Virus record (IMG/VR): IMGVR_UViG_3300037504_000618
Location: 1 to 64,000 of that record
Length of the DNA: 64,000 nucleotides
Reading direction: 5' to 3' (one strand)
From: a virus
The notes below the pieces were generated by a model that saw only the letters and a program-made list of their open reading frames with translations, ran no database searches and was not told where the DNA came from. Positions 19,227 to 27,350 of the stretch are shown piece after piece; the stretch's first letter is position 1; every line of letters begins with the position of its first letter. Both the position numbers and the translations under genes were made by a program.

Positions 19227-19453
19227 CGTGTTTGCCTCCTTAGCCCCTTGAGGAAGCGGGCTTTTAAGCTTTTGCGGGTCATTTGATTGTAGGCGCTGAG
19301 GACGTTCAGCGCTCTAATGAGCTGCGCTTGGAGCGCGATGACGTAGGCCAAGATGCCCAGGGCTTCCTCGCGGGTGAGGCTGTCGCGCTCACCGTCGAGG
19401 AGCGCGTCAAAGAGGGCGTCGATTTCGTTTTTGGCTAGCATCAGTCGCTCCAA
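19223..19453 (-). CDS. Hypothetical protein
   Basis: Overlaps the recombinase stop codon. Start uncertain (19453 or 19441). Confidence 0.5.
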   Translation of the reverse strand: MERLMLAKNEIDALFDALLDGERDSLTREEALGILAYVIALQAQLIRALNVLSAYNQMTRKSLKARFLKGLRRQTR

Positions 19454-20472
19454 TTGGTCTTTTCGACGGCGGCTTGTAAGTCCGCCTCGCTGGGCATCGT
19501 ATACAAGCGTGTGGTGTCCAGATTCTCATGGCCCATCAGTGCGGCCACGCGCTCCAGGCCCACGCCCGCGTCCACGAGATTCTTGCCGAAGCAATGGCGC
19601 AGGGTGTGCGGATGGATGTCCTCCATCCCGCCGCGATCCGCCAGAACGTAGATGCGCCCGGCGCAGGCGCGCTTGCTTAAGCGCCCGCCCTTCTGCGAGA
19701 TGAAGAGGGCCGTCTCGTCGTCCGCTGCGACGTGACCGCGCACTTCAAGCCACGCGCTGAGGGCTTTGCGCGTGTCCTTGTTCAGGGGGACGGTGCGCGT
19801 TTTGTTGCCCTTGCCCTGCCGCACGATTAGCTTGCCGCTGCGGGGGTTGATCTCGATGTCTCCCACGTCCAAGGCTGCGGCTTCGCTGATGCGCAAGCCC
19901 GCGCCGAAAAGGACGTAGAAGATGGCCTTATCCCGCTTGGGCCAGAGGTTGCTAGGCGCGGCCTCATCCCCGGCAGCACGCAGCTCGCCAAGCTGGACGT
20001 TCTCATCAATAGCGCGCAGGAGCTTGTATTGCTCCGGGCGCTCAAGCCACTTGAGGGGCTTGTCCTGGATCTTGAGGCCGCCGATGCCGTCCGTGGGGTC
20101 GTGCTGGGCATGGCCCGTGGTCTGTGCCCAGGCGGCGAAGGCGGAGAACCCGCTCAAGTAGTTGTTGACGCTGGCAGCGGCAAGGCGTTTCGCCAGATCG
20201 TCGCGCCACATCCGCACATCGAAGGACGTGACGTTGACCGGCTGAAAGCCTTTCCCATTATTCAGTTCAAACCATTCCACGAAATTGCTTGCTCCTATGA
20301 CGTAAGCCCGAACCGTCGCTGAGGAGATATCTCTTCCTCGCAAATGCGCCTCGAACTCCGCCATGTAGTCGACCGTCTCGGCGACCGGCAGGTCGAGGAT
20401 CGAGGGCGCTTTTTCCTCGATTGACAATTCGCACGTTTGTTCTATAATCTCTGTTGAGTGTCTCTTTCCCAT
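19441..20472 (-). CDS. Tyrosine recombinase 1 (Xer/resolvase-like)
   Basis: GLRISE, GKGNKTR, HTLRH and MGHENLDTTRLY are intact. AAAGGAG RBS before ATG 20472. No arm-binding domain. Confidence 0.95.
   Translation of the reverse strand: MGKRHSTEIIEQTCELSIEEKAPSILDLPVAETVDYMAEFEAHLRGRDISSATVRAYVIGASNFVEWFELNNGKGFQPVNVTSFDVRMWRDDLAKRLAAASVNNYLSGFSAFAAWAQTTGHAQHDPTDGIGGLKIQDKPLKWLERPEQYKLLRAIDENVQLGELRAAGDEAAPSNLWPKRDKAIFYVLFGAGLRISEAAALDVGDIEINPRSGKLIVRQGKGNKTRTVPLNKDTRKALSAWLEVRGHVAADDETALFISQKGGRLSKRACAGRIYVLADRGGMEDIHPHTLRHCFGKNLVDAGVGLERVAALMGHENLDTTRLYTMPSEADLQAAVEKTNWSD
20421..20448 (+). promoter_or_regulatory. Consensus promoter antisense to the leftward operon, with an SOS-box-like spacer
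   Basis: TTGACA-attcgcacgtttgttc-TATAAT. CGCAC-GTTT-GTTCT lies between the two hexamers. Confidence 0.55.
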
Positions 20473-20520
20473 CGGATACTCCTTTTTCCGTGATGGCCCT
20501 GCCCCAAGCAGGGCCATTTT

Positions 20521-20832
20521 TTATAGGCTGGGTTTCTGTTGATTAAGCCAGCGTATAATAATGGATGAGTTCGCGTCCACATCTTGACGATAGCGTGCTT
20601 GCGCCGCTACGTTCAATGCTAGCTTATCAAGGTTGCCCATAGCGTGGATCGCCAATGAAACCATGTCCATGGCCCAGGTATTTATGCTTGCCATTTTCTC
20701 AACGTGAGCCACATGACCAGGTTCATATTCCACGGCGGCCACAAATGACATATCGTTATCGGCGCAGCGTTGCGCTAGTTCTCTCAATTTCGGTGCGACT
20801 TCGTTATCGTAAAAGTCCTCTTTTGTTTGCAT
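20521..20832 (-). CDS. Hypothetical protein
   Basis: GAGGAG RBS, 103 aa. Confidence 0.7.
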   Translation of the reverse strand: MQTKEDFYDNEVAPKLRELAQRCADNDMSFVAAVEYEPGHVAHVEKMASINTWAMDMVSLAIHAMGNLDKLALNVAAQARYRQDVDANSSIIIRWLNQQKPSL

Positions 20833-20844
20833 GTTCTCCTCTCT

Positions 20845-21843
20845 TTAAGCGGTGCTTCCCTTCCGATAATGCACCTTATCGGAATGGCCGTTATTTTTCT
20901 CCAAGGCGGCCCGCACGGGACCGCCCAAATGCTTCGCGGGATTGTTGCGTTCTAGATCGCGCACGCGGGCGTAGATCTCGGTGGTCTGGATGCTGGCGTG
21001 GCCTAGCATCTCCTTGATGTAGCGCATCTCTTCATGGTCCATAGCGTGGGTGGCGAAGGAGTGGCGCAGGCTGTGGCATGAGACCCCCGGCCGCTTGAGC
21101 CCCGCGAGCTCTAGGTAGTGGTCAACCGTGAGGCGCACTGCCCGCAGGCTGAGACGCTGCGGTAGGCCCTCACGATTGTGATGCATATTCACGAAGACGG
21201 CCTTTGTTTCCGGCCCCATGAGCATACGATACTTGAGCCACAGCTTCATGATGCTGTGGAGCTCCTCATTCATGGGGACCGCGCGCATCTTGCGACCTTT
21301 GCCCACGATGGTAAGCCGCTTGTTCTCCAGGTCCACGTCGCCAACGTTCATACCTGCGACCTCCATCGTGCGCAGCCCGCCCAGGTACATGCAGGCCAGC
21401 ATGGCGAGGTCACGGACGCCTTTGGGTGTGTGGGGATTGGGCAGCTCGAAGAGGCGGGTGATGTCGCGCTCCGACAAGTACTTGATCTTAGCGGCGCGAT
21501 CTTTCTTGTCCTCTGGGGCTTCGAGATCGTGGGCGGGGTTGCGGTCGAGGAGATCGCGGGCGGTGAGCATGTCGTAGTAGGTGCGCAGGCTGGCGATCTT
21601 GCGGGCGACGGTACTGGCGGCGTATTCCTCCACCAGCCAGGCGCGATAGTCGGCCAGGTCCTCGGCATCCACGGCGAGGAAGGGGACGCCCTCCTCGTCG
21701 AGCCAGGTGAGATGCTGCGCGACGTCCGTGCTGTAGTTGCGCAGGGTGATCGGCGCGGGGTTGCCGCGCGCGACGTGGCCCTTGCACCACTGGCGGAATT
21801 CCCCCAGGAGTTTTCCGGAGGTGATGAGTTCAGCCGCTTGCAT
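20845..21843 (-). CDS. Tyrosine recombinase 2 (XerC/D-like)
   Basis: GLRTME, GKGRKMR, HSLRH and LGHASIQTTEIY are intact. SAM-like N-terminal domain. Confidence 0.95.
   Translation of the reverse strand: MQAAELITSGKLLGEFRQWCKGHVARGNPAPITLRNYSTDVAQHLTWLDEEGVPFLAVDAEDLADYRAWLVEEYAASTVARKIASLRTYYDMLTARDLLDRNPAHDLEAPEDKKDRAAKIKYLSERDITRLFELPNPHTPKGVRDLAMLACMYLGGLRTMEVAGMNVGDVDLENKRLTIVGKGRKMRAVPMNEELHSIMKLWLKYRMLMGPETKAVFVNMHHNREGLPQRLSLRAVRLTVDHYLELAGLKRPGVSCHSLRHSFATHAMDHEEMRYIKEMLGHASIQTTEIYARVRDLERNNPAKHLGGPVRAALEKNNGHSDKVHYRKGSTA
20861..20884. repeat. Perfect 9-6-9 dif-like site inside the 3' end of recombinase 2
   Basis: TTCCGATAA-TGCACC-TTATCGGAA. Confidence 0.7.
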
Positions 21844-22405
21844 GGCCGTCCTCGGCTTCCGGCATGCGCCACTGTGTGGCGAGACGACAGATCGCTTGGG
21901 AGATCATGGCCTCGTGTTCGCGGTCGATCTCGTGCTCGTGTTTGAGCCCCTTGAGATCCTCGAGACACTGCTTGAATTCCTCTTGGGGCAGCTTGGTGAG
22001 CTGCTCGATGATTCTGAGCAATTCGCGCAAGAGCATCTCGTATTCCTCGCGCTTCTTGATGTCCACGACGTGGCCCTCGAAGGCCAGCGTCAGTGCGCCT
22101 TTCGGCAGGCCGATGACGCGCTCGGCGAAGGTCCAGGCGTTTTCCCCATCCGCGCTTTGTAGCAGATAGGAGAGGGAATTTTCCTGGAGCATGTGGGCGC
22201 GTTGTTCATCGCCATCCCGCGTGAGCAGGAGAGCGAACTCGCGTTCATCCAGCAGCATGCTGTATTTGTCGTGTCCCGCTTCCTCGTGTGTGAGGTGCTG
22301 CGCACAGAGCTTCTGCGGGATCACGTGCCGCAGCGATATCTTCACGCCCATCTGCTGCACGTGGTCGTTGTTTCTGGTTTCAAAGACTACGGTTCTGGCT
22401 GTCAT
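21830..22405 (-). CDS. Hypothetical protein
   Basis: AGAAAGGAG RBS, 191 aa. Confidence 0.7.
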   Translation of the reverse strand: MTARTVVFETRNNDHVQQMGVKISLRHVIPQKLCAQHLTHEEAGHDKYSMLLDEREFALLLTRDGDEQRAHMLQENSLSYLLQSADGENAWTFAERVIGLPKGALTLAFEGHVVDIKKREEYEMLLRELLRIIEQLTKLPQEEFKQCLEDLKGLKHEHEIDREHEAMISQAICRLATQWRMPEAEDGHASG

Positions 22406-22406
22406 C

Positions 22407-22676
22407 TTACTCCTTTCTGTTGTGATACCGCCGCTCGGCTTGTTTCTGGGCCAGTAGCTCGCCCAGGAGTTCCTGCGCGCGGTCGGCTTGATCTACGATC
22501 CGGGAGAGTTCTGCTTGTCCCGGATCCACAAGCGCGCTCAACTGTGGCGCGCGCCTGTGGATCTGGCGCAAGCGGATGGCTAAGAAGCCGGTGGCCTTGA
22601 GGACGTCGGCCAGGGCCATGCTGGCCGACTCCAAGCGCTTGAGTTCCTCGGATTGGGCCTTGGTGGGTCTAGCCAC
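22407..22676 (-). CDS. Hypothetical protein
   Basis: GAGGAG RBS before GTG 22676. Confidence 0.55.
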   Translation of the reverse strand: MARPTKAQSEELKRLESASMALADVLKATGFLAIRLRQIHRRAPQLSALVDPGQAELSRIVDQADRAQELLGELLAQKQAERRYHNRKE

Positions 22677-23034
22677 GGGCCAGCTCCTCGAGGTCATGCA
22701 CGTCCTCCGTGAGGGCGCGTTTCTCGTGAAGCGTGTCGATGACGTAGGGGATGACAGTGCCGATGCCCGCTGAGCAGGCGCAGGCACAGAGGTAGAGGAC
22801 GGCGTGCCAGATGTTGACGGTGAGGATGCCTTCCTCGACGCGCAGGAGCGCGCCCAGAGCACAGCCGATAATAATGGTCAGCGTGCCGTGGGTGTAGGCA
22901 GGCACGCGCCGGAGTCTCCCGCACGCGTTGGTGATCCCCGGGATGATGGCCCAGGGGAACCAGTGCGCGCCCCAGTTGAGTGAGGCGACGACCAAGAATA
23001 CTATGCCGTCTGCCCTGTTTAGTTCAATTCCCAT
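22669..23034 (-). CDS. Multi-pass membrane protein
   Basis: Three hydrophobic segments and a charged C-terminal tail. Confidence 0.6.
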   Translation of the reverse strand: MGIELNRADGIVFLVVASLNWGAHWFPWAIIPGITNACGRLRRVPAYTHGTLTIIIGCALGALLRVEEGILTVNIWHAVLYLCACACSAGIGTVIPYVIDTLHEKRALTEDVHDLEELARG

Positions 23035-23171
23035 CGTAAACCCCCATTTTTCGTTAAGTTCTCGTATAATGAATATAGAACCTTAAAACTTTGTTTGTGG
23101 GCGGTCGGGTCTACGTCCGACCGCCCCGGTTGATATGTCCCAAACCTAAACCAACACTTCTGCTACTTCTC

Positions 23172-23289
23172 CCGCGCCACACGGGGATAGAATCGTTGCA
23201 GGCCGTGGCCGCCTATCAAGCTTAAAGCACAGATTTTGTTTACACTCCGCGCCACACGGAGATAGAATCGTTTTAGGCCGTGGCCGCCT
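23172..23289. repeat. Two 43-bp direct repeats separated by 32 bp
   Basis: 23172-23214 and 23247-23289, 40/43 identical. Confidence 0.9.
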
Positions 23290-23515
23290 CTTCAGATATA
23301 TCCCTAAGATTATTCGCTTGGGTGCTGAGCGTGTTTGCTCGGTAGCAACTCCTTTCTGGGTTTCTAAGTGTTTCCCTCTCGGTGCCGGGCCGGGTGCCCC
23401 AACCCGACCCGACACCTTCACAAAAAGGAGGAAAACAGATGAACAGCCCCGGCGTGAGCGGGGGCGGGCGGCGGCCCACGTCACTTGATGCGGGTGGGTC
23501 GCTCCCCGCCACGGC

Positions 23516-23821
23516 TCACGCTTCCATGTCGGCATCGGCGGCTCCTGCGGGGACGGGGGCGACTTTGTTTTGTTGAAGCACTTCATTTAATTCTTGGGCA
23601 ATAGCTTCGGCGGTGATTTGCCGAACTGATCTCTCATCACCCGCAAGCACGCGAACGGCGCGCTCTACGGGAGGGTTGATGCGTTCGTAGTAGGCGATGC
23701 CGATGTCGATGAGGTTCCGCAGCATGCTGGAGCGGGTGCGCCCCTCTTGCTGTGCCAGATCGTCAATGGTCCGGATCTGCTGCTTATTTGATACGAACGC
23801 TATGGTGTATTCACTTGGCAT
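23516..23821 (-). CDS. Ribbon-helix-helix (CopG-like) regulator in the Cro position
   Basis: YTIAF..IDDLAQQEGRTRSSMLRNLID. AGGAGG RBS. Divergent from the XRE gene. Confidence 0.75.
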   Translation of the reverse strand: MPSEYTIAFVSNKQQIRTIDDLAQQEGRTRSSMLRNLIDIGIAYYERINPPVERAVRVLAGDERSVRQITAEAIAQELNEVLQQNKVAPVPAGAADADMEA

Positions 23822-23953
23822 TATTGCCTCCTGTTCTCTTTTGAGATTAATTGTCCTCTTTAGAGAACAGTATACATCAAGCGGTTTTATTTGTCAATAC
23901 CCAAAAACGCTTTGTATACAAAAAAGGACGGATTTTATGGGACAATGTAATAA

Positions 23954-24343
23954 ATGAGTGACACTTTGTCAACTTGGGTGAACAGTGAATTGGGAAAACG
24001 TGGTTGGTCAATCCGTGAATTGGCGCGTCGTGCTGATATATCGCCATCTTATGCATCACGGATTGCCAATGGTGAAGTGACGCCTAGCGCGGATATATGT
24101 GTGAGTATTGCTAAGGCATTAAGTATACCACCGGGGATTGTTTTCCAGAAAGCGGGTTACTTACCAAAAACTCCTGCAGGTGAAGATGACGATGAACTGC
24201 AGGAGCTTTATATGGCGGCTAAGCTACTGGATCACAAGGGCCGGCGTCAGGTTCGCGAGTACATTGAGTTTTGCTATCAGAAGCAAATAGAACGCGAGCG
24301 TACAGCCAACGACGGAAGCCTGCCGGCCACCTCCGACGCATAA
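23954..24343 (+). CDS. XRE-family HTH repressor (CI-like, no peptidase domain)
   Basis: WSIRELARRADISPSYASRIANGEVTPSADICVSIAKAL. Confidence 0.88.
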   Translation: MSDTLSTWVNSELGKRGWSIRELARRADISPSYASRIANGEVTPSADICVSIAKALSIPPGIVFQKAGYLPKTPAGEDDDELQELYMAAKLLDHKGRRQVREYIEFCYQKQIERERTANDGSLPATSDA

Positions 24344-24489
24344 GCCACCAGTATCCGGCGCTTAGACAAGGACAACGATCAATGATGTTAAAGATGAAAC
24401 GACGCATAAACACACCTCCTTGATAGTAAGATTGAGGCATGTTATTAAGAAATATTGTCATGTGTACCCCGAAATAACAAAGGAGATCT

Positions 24490-25350
24490 ATGAAACGCTA
24501 TCGTTTGCTGGCCCTGCTGTTTATTGCTCTGCTCTGCGCGTGTGGGGGGAAAGACACGCCTGAATCGACCGCGACGTCCAGGCCCACAAACACGCTGGTG
24601 GTTAGGCAGGTTTCGCCCACGCCTTCAGCGACGATATTTTTCGCACCCACGGCAACGCCGGTACCAACCGCGACGCCAGTGCCTACAGCGGTGCCGACGG
24701 ATACACCGATGCCGCCCGACACGCCCACCGCGACGGTGCAGGCCACTGCGACCGAGGAGGCTACAGCCTTGCCAGAGGATTGTTGGGACGCGCAATACGT
24801 CGCCGACGTGACGATCCCGGACGGGACGCGCCTGGATCCGGGGGAGGTGTTCGTCAAGACGTGGCGGGTGCGCAATACGGGCGCGTGTGCGTGGGAAGGG
24901 GTGACGTTGCAGGCTAAGGGGCTTTCGCCCGTGGACGTGCCAGAGGTGGCGGTGGGTGCGGAGGCGGAGGTCAGTGTACAGTTGCAAGCCCCTGCGGCGG
25001 AGGGGGAGTATACCGCCGTGTGGTATTTCGTGGCCCCGGACGGGACCAACTTCGGGCGCTTGACGAGCGTGATCAGGGTAGGGGACCCGGCGACGGCTGT
25101 ACCACGGGCCACGGCAACGAGCGCCCCGGCAGCACCACCGCCCACGGCGACGAGTGCACCAGTGGCCCCGCAGCCGACGGCGACCACGGCGGCGGTGTGT
25201 GAGTGTGGCGGTGATACGTACAACTGTGGGGATTTTTCAAGGCAAGCGCAGGCGCAGGCCTGCTATAACTACTGCGTTTCGATAGGGCGTGGTGATATTC
25301 ACCGCCTGGATCGGGATAATGATGGGGTGGTGTGCGAGAGTTTGCCTTAG
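24490..25350 (+). CDS. Lipoprotein with NBR1-like Ig domain and Excalibur Ca-binding domain
   Basis: Lipobox LCAC, PT linkers, YVADVTIPDGT..KTWRVRNTG and NCGDF..HRLDRDNDGVVCE. Confidence 0.85.
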   Translation: MKRYRLLALLFIALLCACGGKDTPESTATSRPTNTLVVRQVSPTPSATIFFAPTATPVPTATPVPTAVPTDTPMPPDTPTATVQATATEEATALPEDCWDAQYVADVTIPDGTRLDPGEVFVKTWRVRNTGACAWEGVTLQAKGLSPVDVPEVAVGAEAEVSVQLQAPAAEGEYTAVWYFVAPDGTNFGRLTSVIRVGDPATAVPRATATSAPAAPPPTATSAPVAPQPTATTAAVCECGGDTYNCGDFSRQAQAQACYNYCVSIGRGDIHRLDRDNDGVVCESLP

Positions 25351-25372
25351 TATGAAGATTATCGGAATGTAG

Positions 25373-25397
25373 AAAACGCCCCGTTAAGGGGCGTTTT
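25373..25397. terminator. Bidirectional terminator-like hairpin
   Basis: AAAACGCCCC-gttaa-GGGGCGTTTT. Confidence 0.6.
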
Positions 25398-25494
25398 GAT
25401 GCTGTTAGCGTCTACACGGGGGAAGATCTGGGCAGGTAACACGGCTTGGCGAAAATGGTACCCGTGTGGCGTGGTGCGTGGGCTAGCGGGTAAC

Positions 25495-25540
25495 CGGTTC
25501 ACATCCGTGAGGTCCAGAGTTCGAGTCTCTGCTCGCCCAC
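25495..25540 (+). other. attP core: 3' half of tRNA-Val(CAC)
   Basis: Anticodon loop TT-CAC-AT, CCGTG, AGGTC, T-arm CAGAG-TTCGAGT-CTCTG, CTCGCCC, A73. No D-arm upstream. Lies about 170 bp before the integrase. Confidence 0.85.
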
Positions 25541-25713
25541 TTTTAGCCACACGGAAAGGGCTTTTTAGTAGCCGTGTGGTCCCCACGAAGTAAATGCCCG
25601 CCTGGGCAGGCAGCACGGTTCCGGTGATCTTCTCTTAAAAAAAACGCTATGGGGCTTTATCGGAAGTCAATAAGCGTTTTATCGGAAGCATACAAGAAGA
25701 GGAGGTTACACGG

Positions 25714-26715
25714 ATGGGAAAATTGATGTTGTTTGATGCGTATAAGTCCTTTATGCACTATAAGGAGGCGGCGGGTCTGAGTAAGTATACGATCCGCAAC
25801 TACGGGAACACGTTGAAGAAGCTGGCGCTGTTCTTCGACGAGGAGCCTTCGCTTGAGGACGTCGCGTTCGATGACTGGGTGGAGTTTTTCCACTGGCTTC
25901 AGGAGGATTACACGCCCGCGATGAACGGGGTAGCCCCTCGAAAGGTGAAGACACTCTCGCCCAAGACGGTGCGGAATATCCACACGAATCTGAGCGCTTT
26001 CTATACCTGGGCGCTAGAGTTCGAGCTGGTAGAGGAGCACTTGATCCGCAAGATCGAACAGCCGCGCTATGAGCCCCCCGTGATTGAGCCCTTTACAGAG
26101 GAGGATATCGCCGCGATGCTCAAGGCGTGTAATCATACCAGTGCGTATGATACGCGGCCCAATGTGCGCAACTCACGTCCGACGGCGGAGCGGGATCGTC
26201 TGATTATCGCGCTGCTGTGGTCCACGGGCCTGCGGGCTTCGGAGCTCTGCGATGTCCGTTTTGGCGATCTCAATATGAGTCGCCGTGCCATCCGCGTGCG
26301 CGGGAAGGGCGGGGGCCGGGGGAACAAGGAGCGCATTGTCCACTTCGGCAAGAAGACTGAGAAGCTCCTGTGGAAATGGCTGACTCCGCGCATCTCGGAG
26401 CTGGAGGAGGATGATCACATTATCACGGTCAGCGAGGGGACGGTGAATGAAGGCCCTATGCACCGTAACGTCCTCACAAAGTTGATCCGCCGGATCGGGG
26501 AGCGTGCGGGGATCAAGGATGCGTATCCGCACCGCTTCCGGCATACATTCGCGATCTGGTACATCCGCAACGGCGGCGATCTGTTCACGTTGCAGGGGTT
26601 GCTAGGGCATAGCGACCTGGCCATGGTGCGACGTTACGCGCGGCTCGCGGCGGCGGATTACGCAGCAGCCCACGAGCGTGCAGACCCTTTGGATAATTCC
26701 AAGATCAGATTATAG
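25714..26715 (+). CDS. int: Tyrosine recombinase 3, probable phage integrase
   Basis: GLRASE, GKG..KER, HRFRH and LGHSDLAMVRRY. Adjacent to attP. GGAGG RBS. Confidence 0.92.
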   Translation: MGKLMLFDAYKSFMHYKEAAGLSKYTIRNYGNTLKKLALFFDEEPSLEDVAFDDWVEFFHWLQEDYTPAMNGVAPRKVKTLSPKTVRNIHTNLSAFYTWALEFELVEEHLIRKIEQPRYEPPVIEPFTEEDIAAMLKACNHTSAYDTRPNVRNSRPTAERDRLIIALLWSTGLRASELCDVRFGDLNMSRRAIRVRGKGGGRGNKERIVHFGKKTEKLLWKWLTPRISELEEDDHIITVSEGTVNEGPMHRNVLTKLIRRIGERAGIKDAYPHRFRHTFAIWYIRNGGDLFTLQGLLGHSDLAMVRRYARLAAADYAAAHERADPLDNSKIRL

Positions 26716-26732
26716 CATCTGAGGAATGATAG

Positions 26733-26757
26733 AGCCCGGCTTAGACCGGGCTTTTTC
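26733..26757 (+). terminator. Intrinsic terminator
   Basis: AGCCCGG-cttaga-CCGGGCT followed by a T run. Confidence 0.75.
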
Positions 26758-26764
26758 TATGTTA

Positions 26765-26864
26765 AAAACAGCCGTTAATTAGGGTTAACGGTCGTTTTCC
26801 CTCTGATTACGCGCGTTTTCACCGCGTTGGGGCGGGGGTAACGCGCTCAAAAAACGTCCGTTAA
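26765..26864. repeat. Composite site B
   Basis: AAAACAGCCGTTAA-TTAGGG-TTAACGGTCGTTTT (26765-26798), 52-bp gap, AAAACGTCCGTTAA (26851-26864). Confidence 0.9.
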
Positions 26865-26985
26865 TTCGGTGTGATTGGTGCTTTACTTTTGCAGGGATTG
26901 GTGGTATGATGGGGGTATCAAAATAAAAGCGCCCCGGCGCTGCATACACAGCCCGGGGCTTTGGCTCACCAGAAAGGAGTTTTCG

Positions 26986-27225
26986 ATGAGCAACCACATT
27001 ATACCACAGAATTTATCCAGTGGTAGCCCTGATTTGCAGGCGCTACTGCTACGGTTGACGTTGGCCGAGATCAACGCCTATCCTCTCACGGCACAGGGCG
27101 ATTGGTTGCTAACTTTGTCTGATATTGAGGGGCTTTCCCTTGAGGATGGATGGGCATTGGTCTACGCGGCGCGGCTGCTGGCGGACAATCCTGATCCTGA
27201 TTTCTGGCAGCGCAAGTTAGTATAA
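26986..27225 (+). CDS. Hypothetical protein
   Basis: AGAAAGGAG RBS before ATG 26986. Confidence 0.6.
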   Translation: MSNHIIPQNLSSGSPDLQALLLRLTLAEINAYPLTAQGDWLLTLSDIEGLSLEDGWALVYAARLLADNPDPDFWQRKLV

Positions 27226-27227
27226 AG

Positions 27228-27323
27228 TTGTACCGTGGTACAATCTTTTTCAAATAGTCAAACTCGCCCTTGACAAATAGCGATACCGCTATATAATGAT
27301 AGCGTAGGGTAGCGATAACGCTA
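27228..27323 (+). promoter_or_regulatory. Sigma70-type promoter with paired palindromic operators
   Basis: TTGTAC-N4-GTACAA at 27228. TTGACA 27270, 16-bp spacer, TATAAT 27292. TAGCG-N4-CGCTA at 27278 and 27310. Confidence 0.85.
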
Positions 27324-27350
27324 TAATATTACTAAAAGGGGAGGATATAG

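Noticed and set aside
23172-23289. CRISPR array
   Set aside because: Only two imperfect 43-bp repeats, no recognisable CRISPR repeat end and no cas gene. Kept as an unexplained repeat.
23822-23953. Composite-site motif as CI operator
   Set aside because: The motif is absent from the divergent repressor/RHH intergenic region.
25373-25397. Eighth composite site
   Set aside because: Left-arm-like, but no right arm at 6-bp spacing. Reads as a terminator hairpin.
25480-25540. Complete tRNA-Val gene
   Set aside because: No D-arm and only 3 bp of the anticodon stem pair. Better explained as attP.
25359-25616. 85-aa minus-strand ORF (GRAETRTLDLTDVNR)
   Set aside because: Shadow translation of the tRNA fragment.
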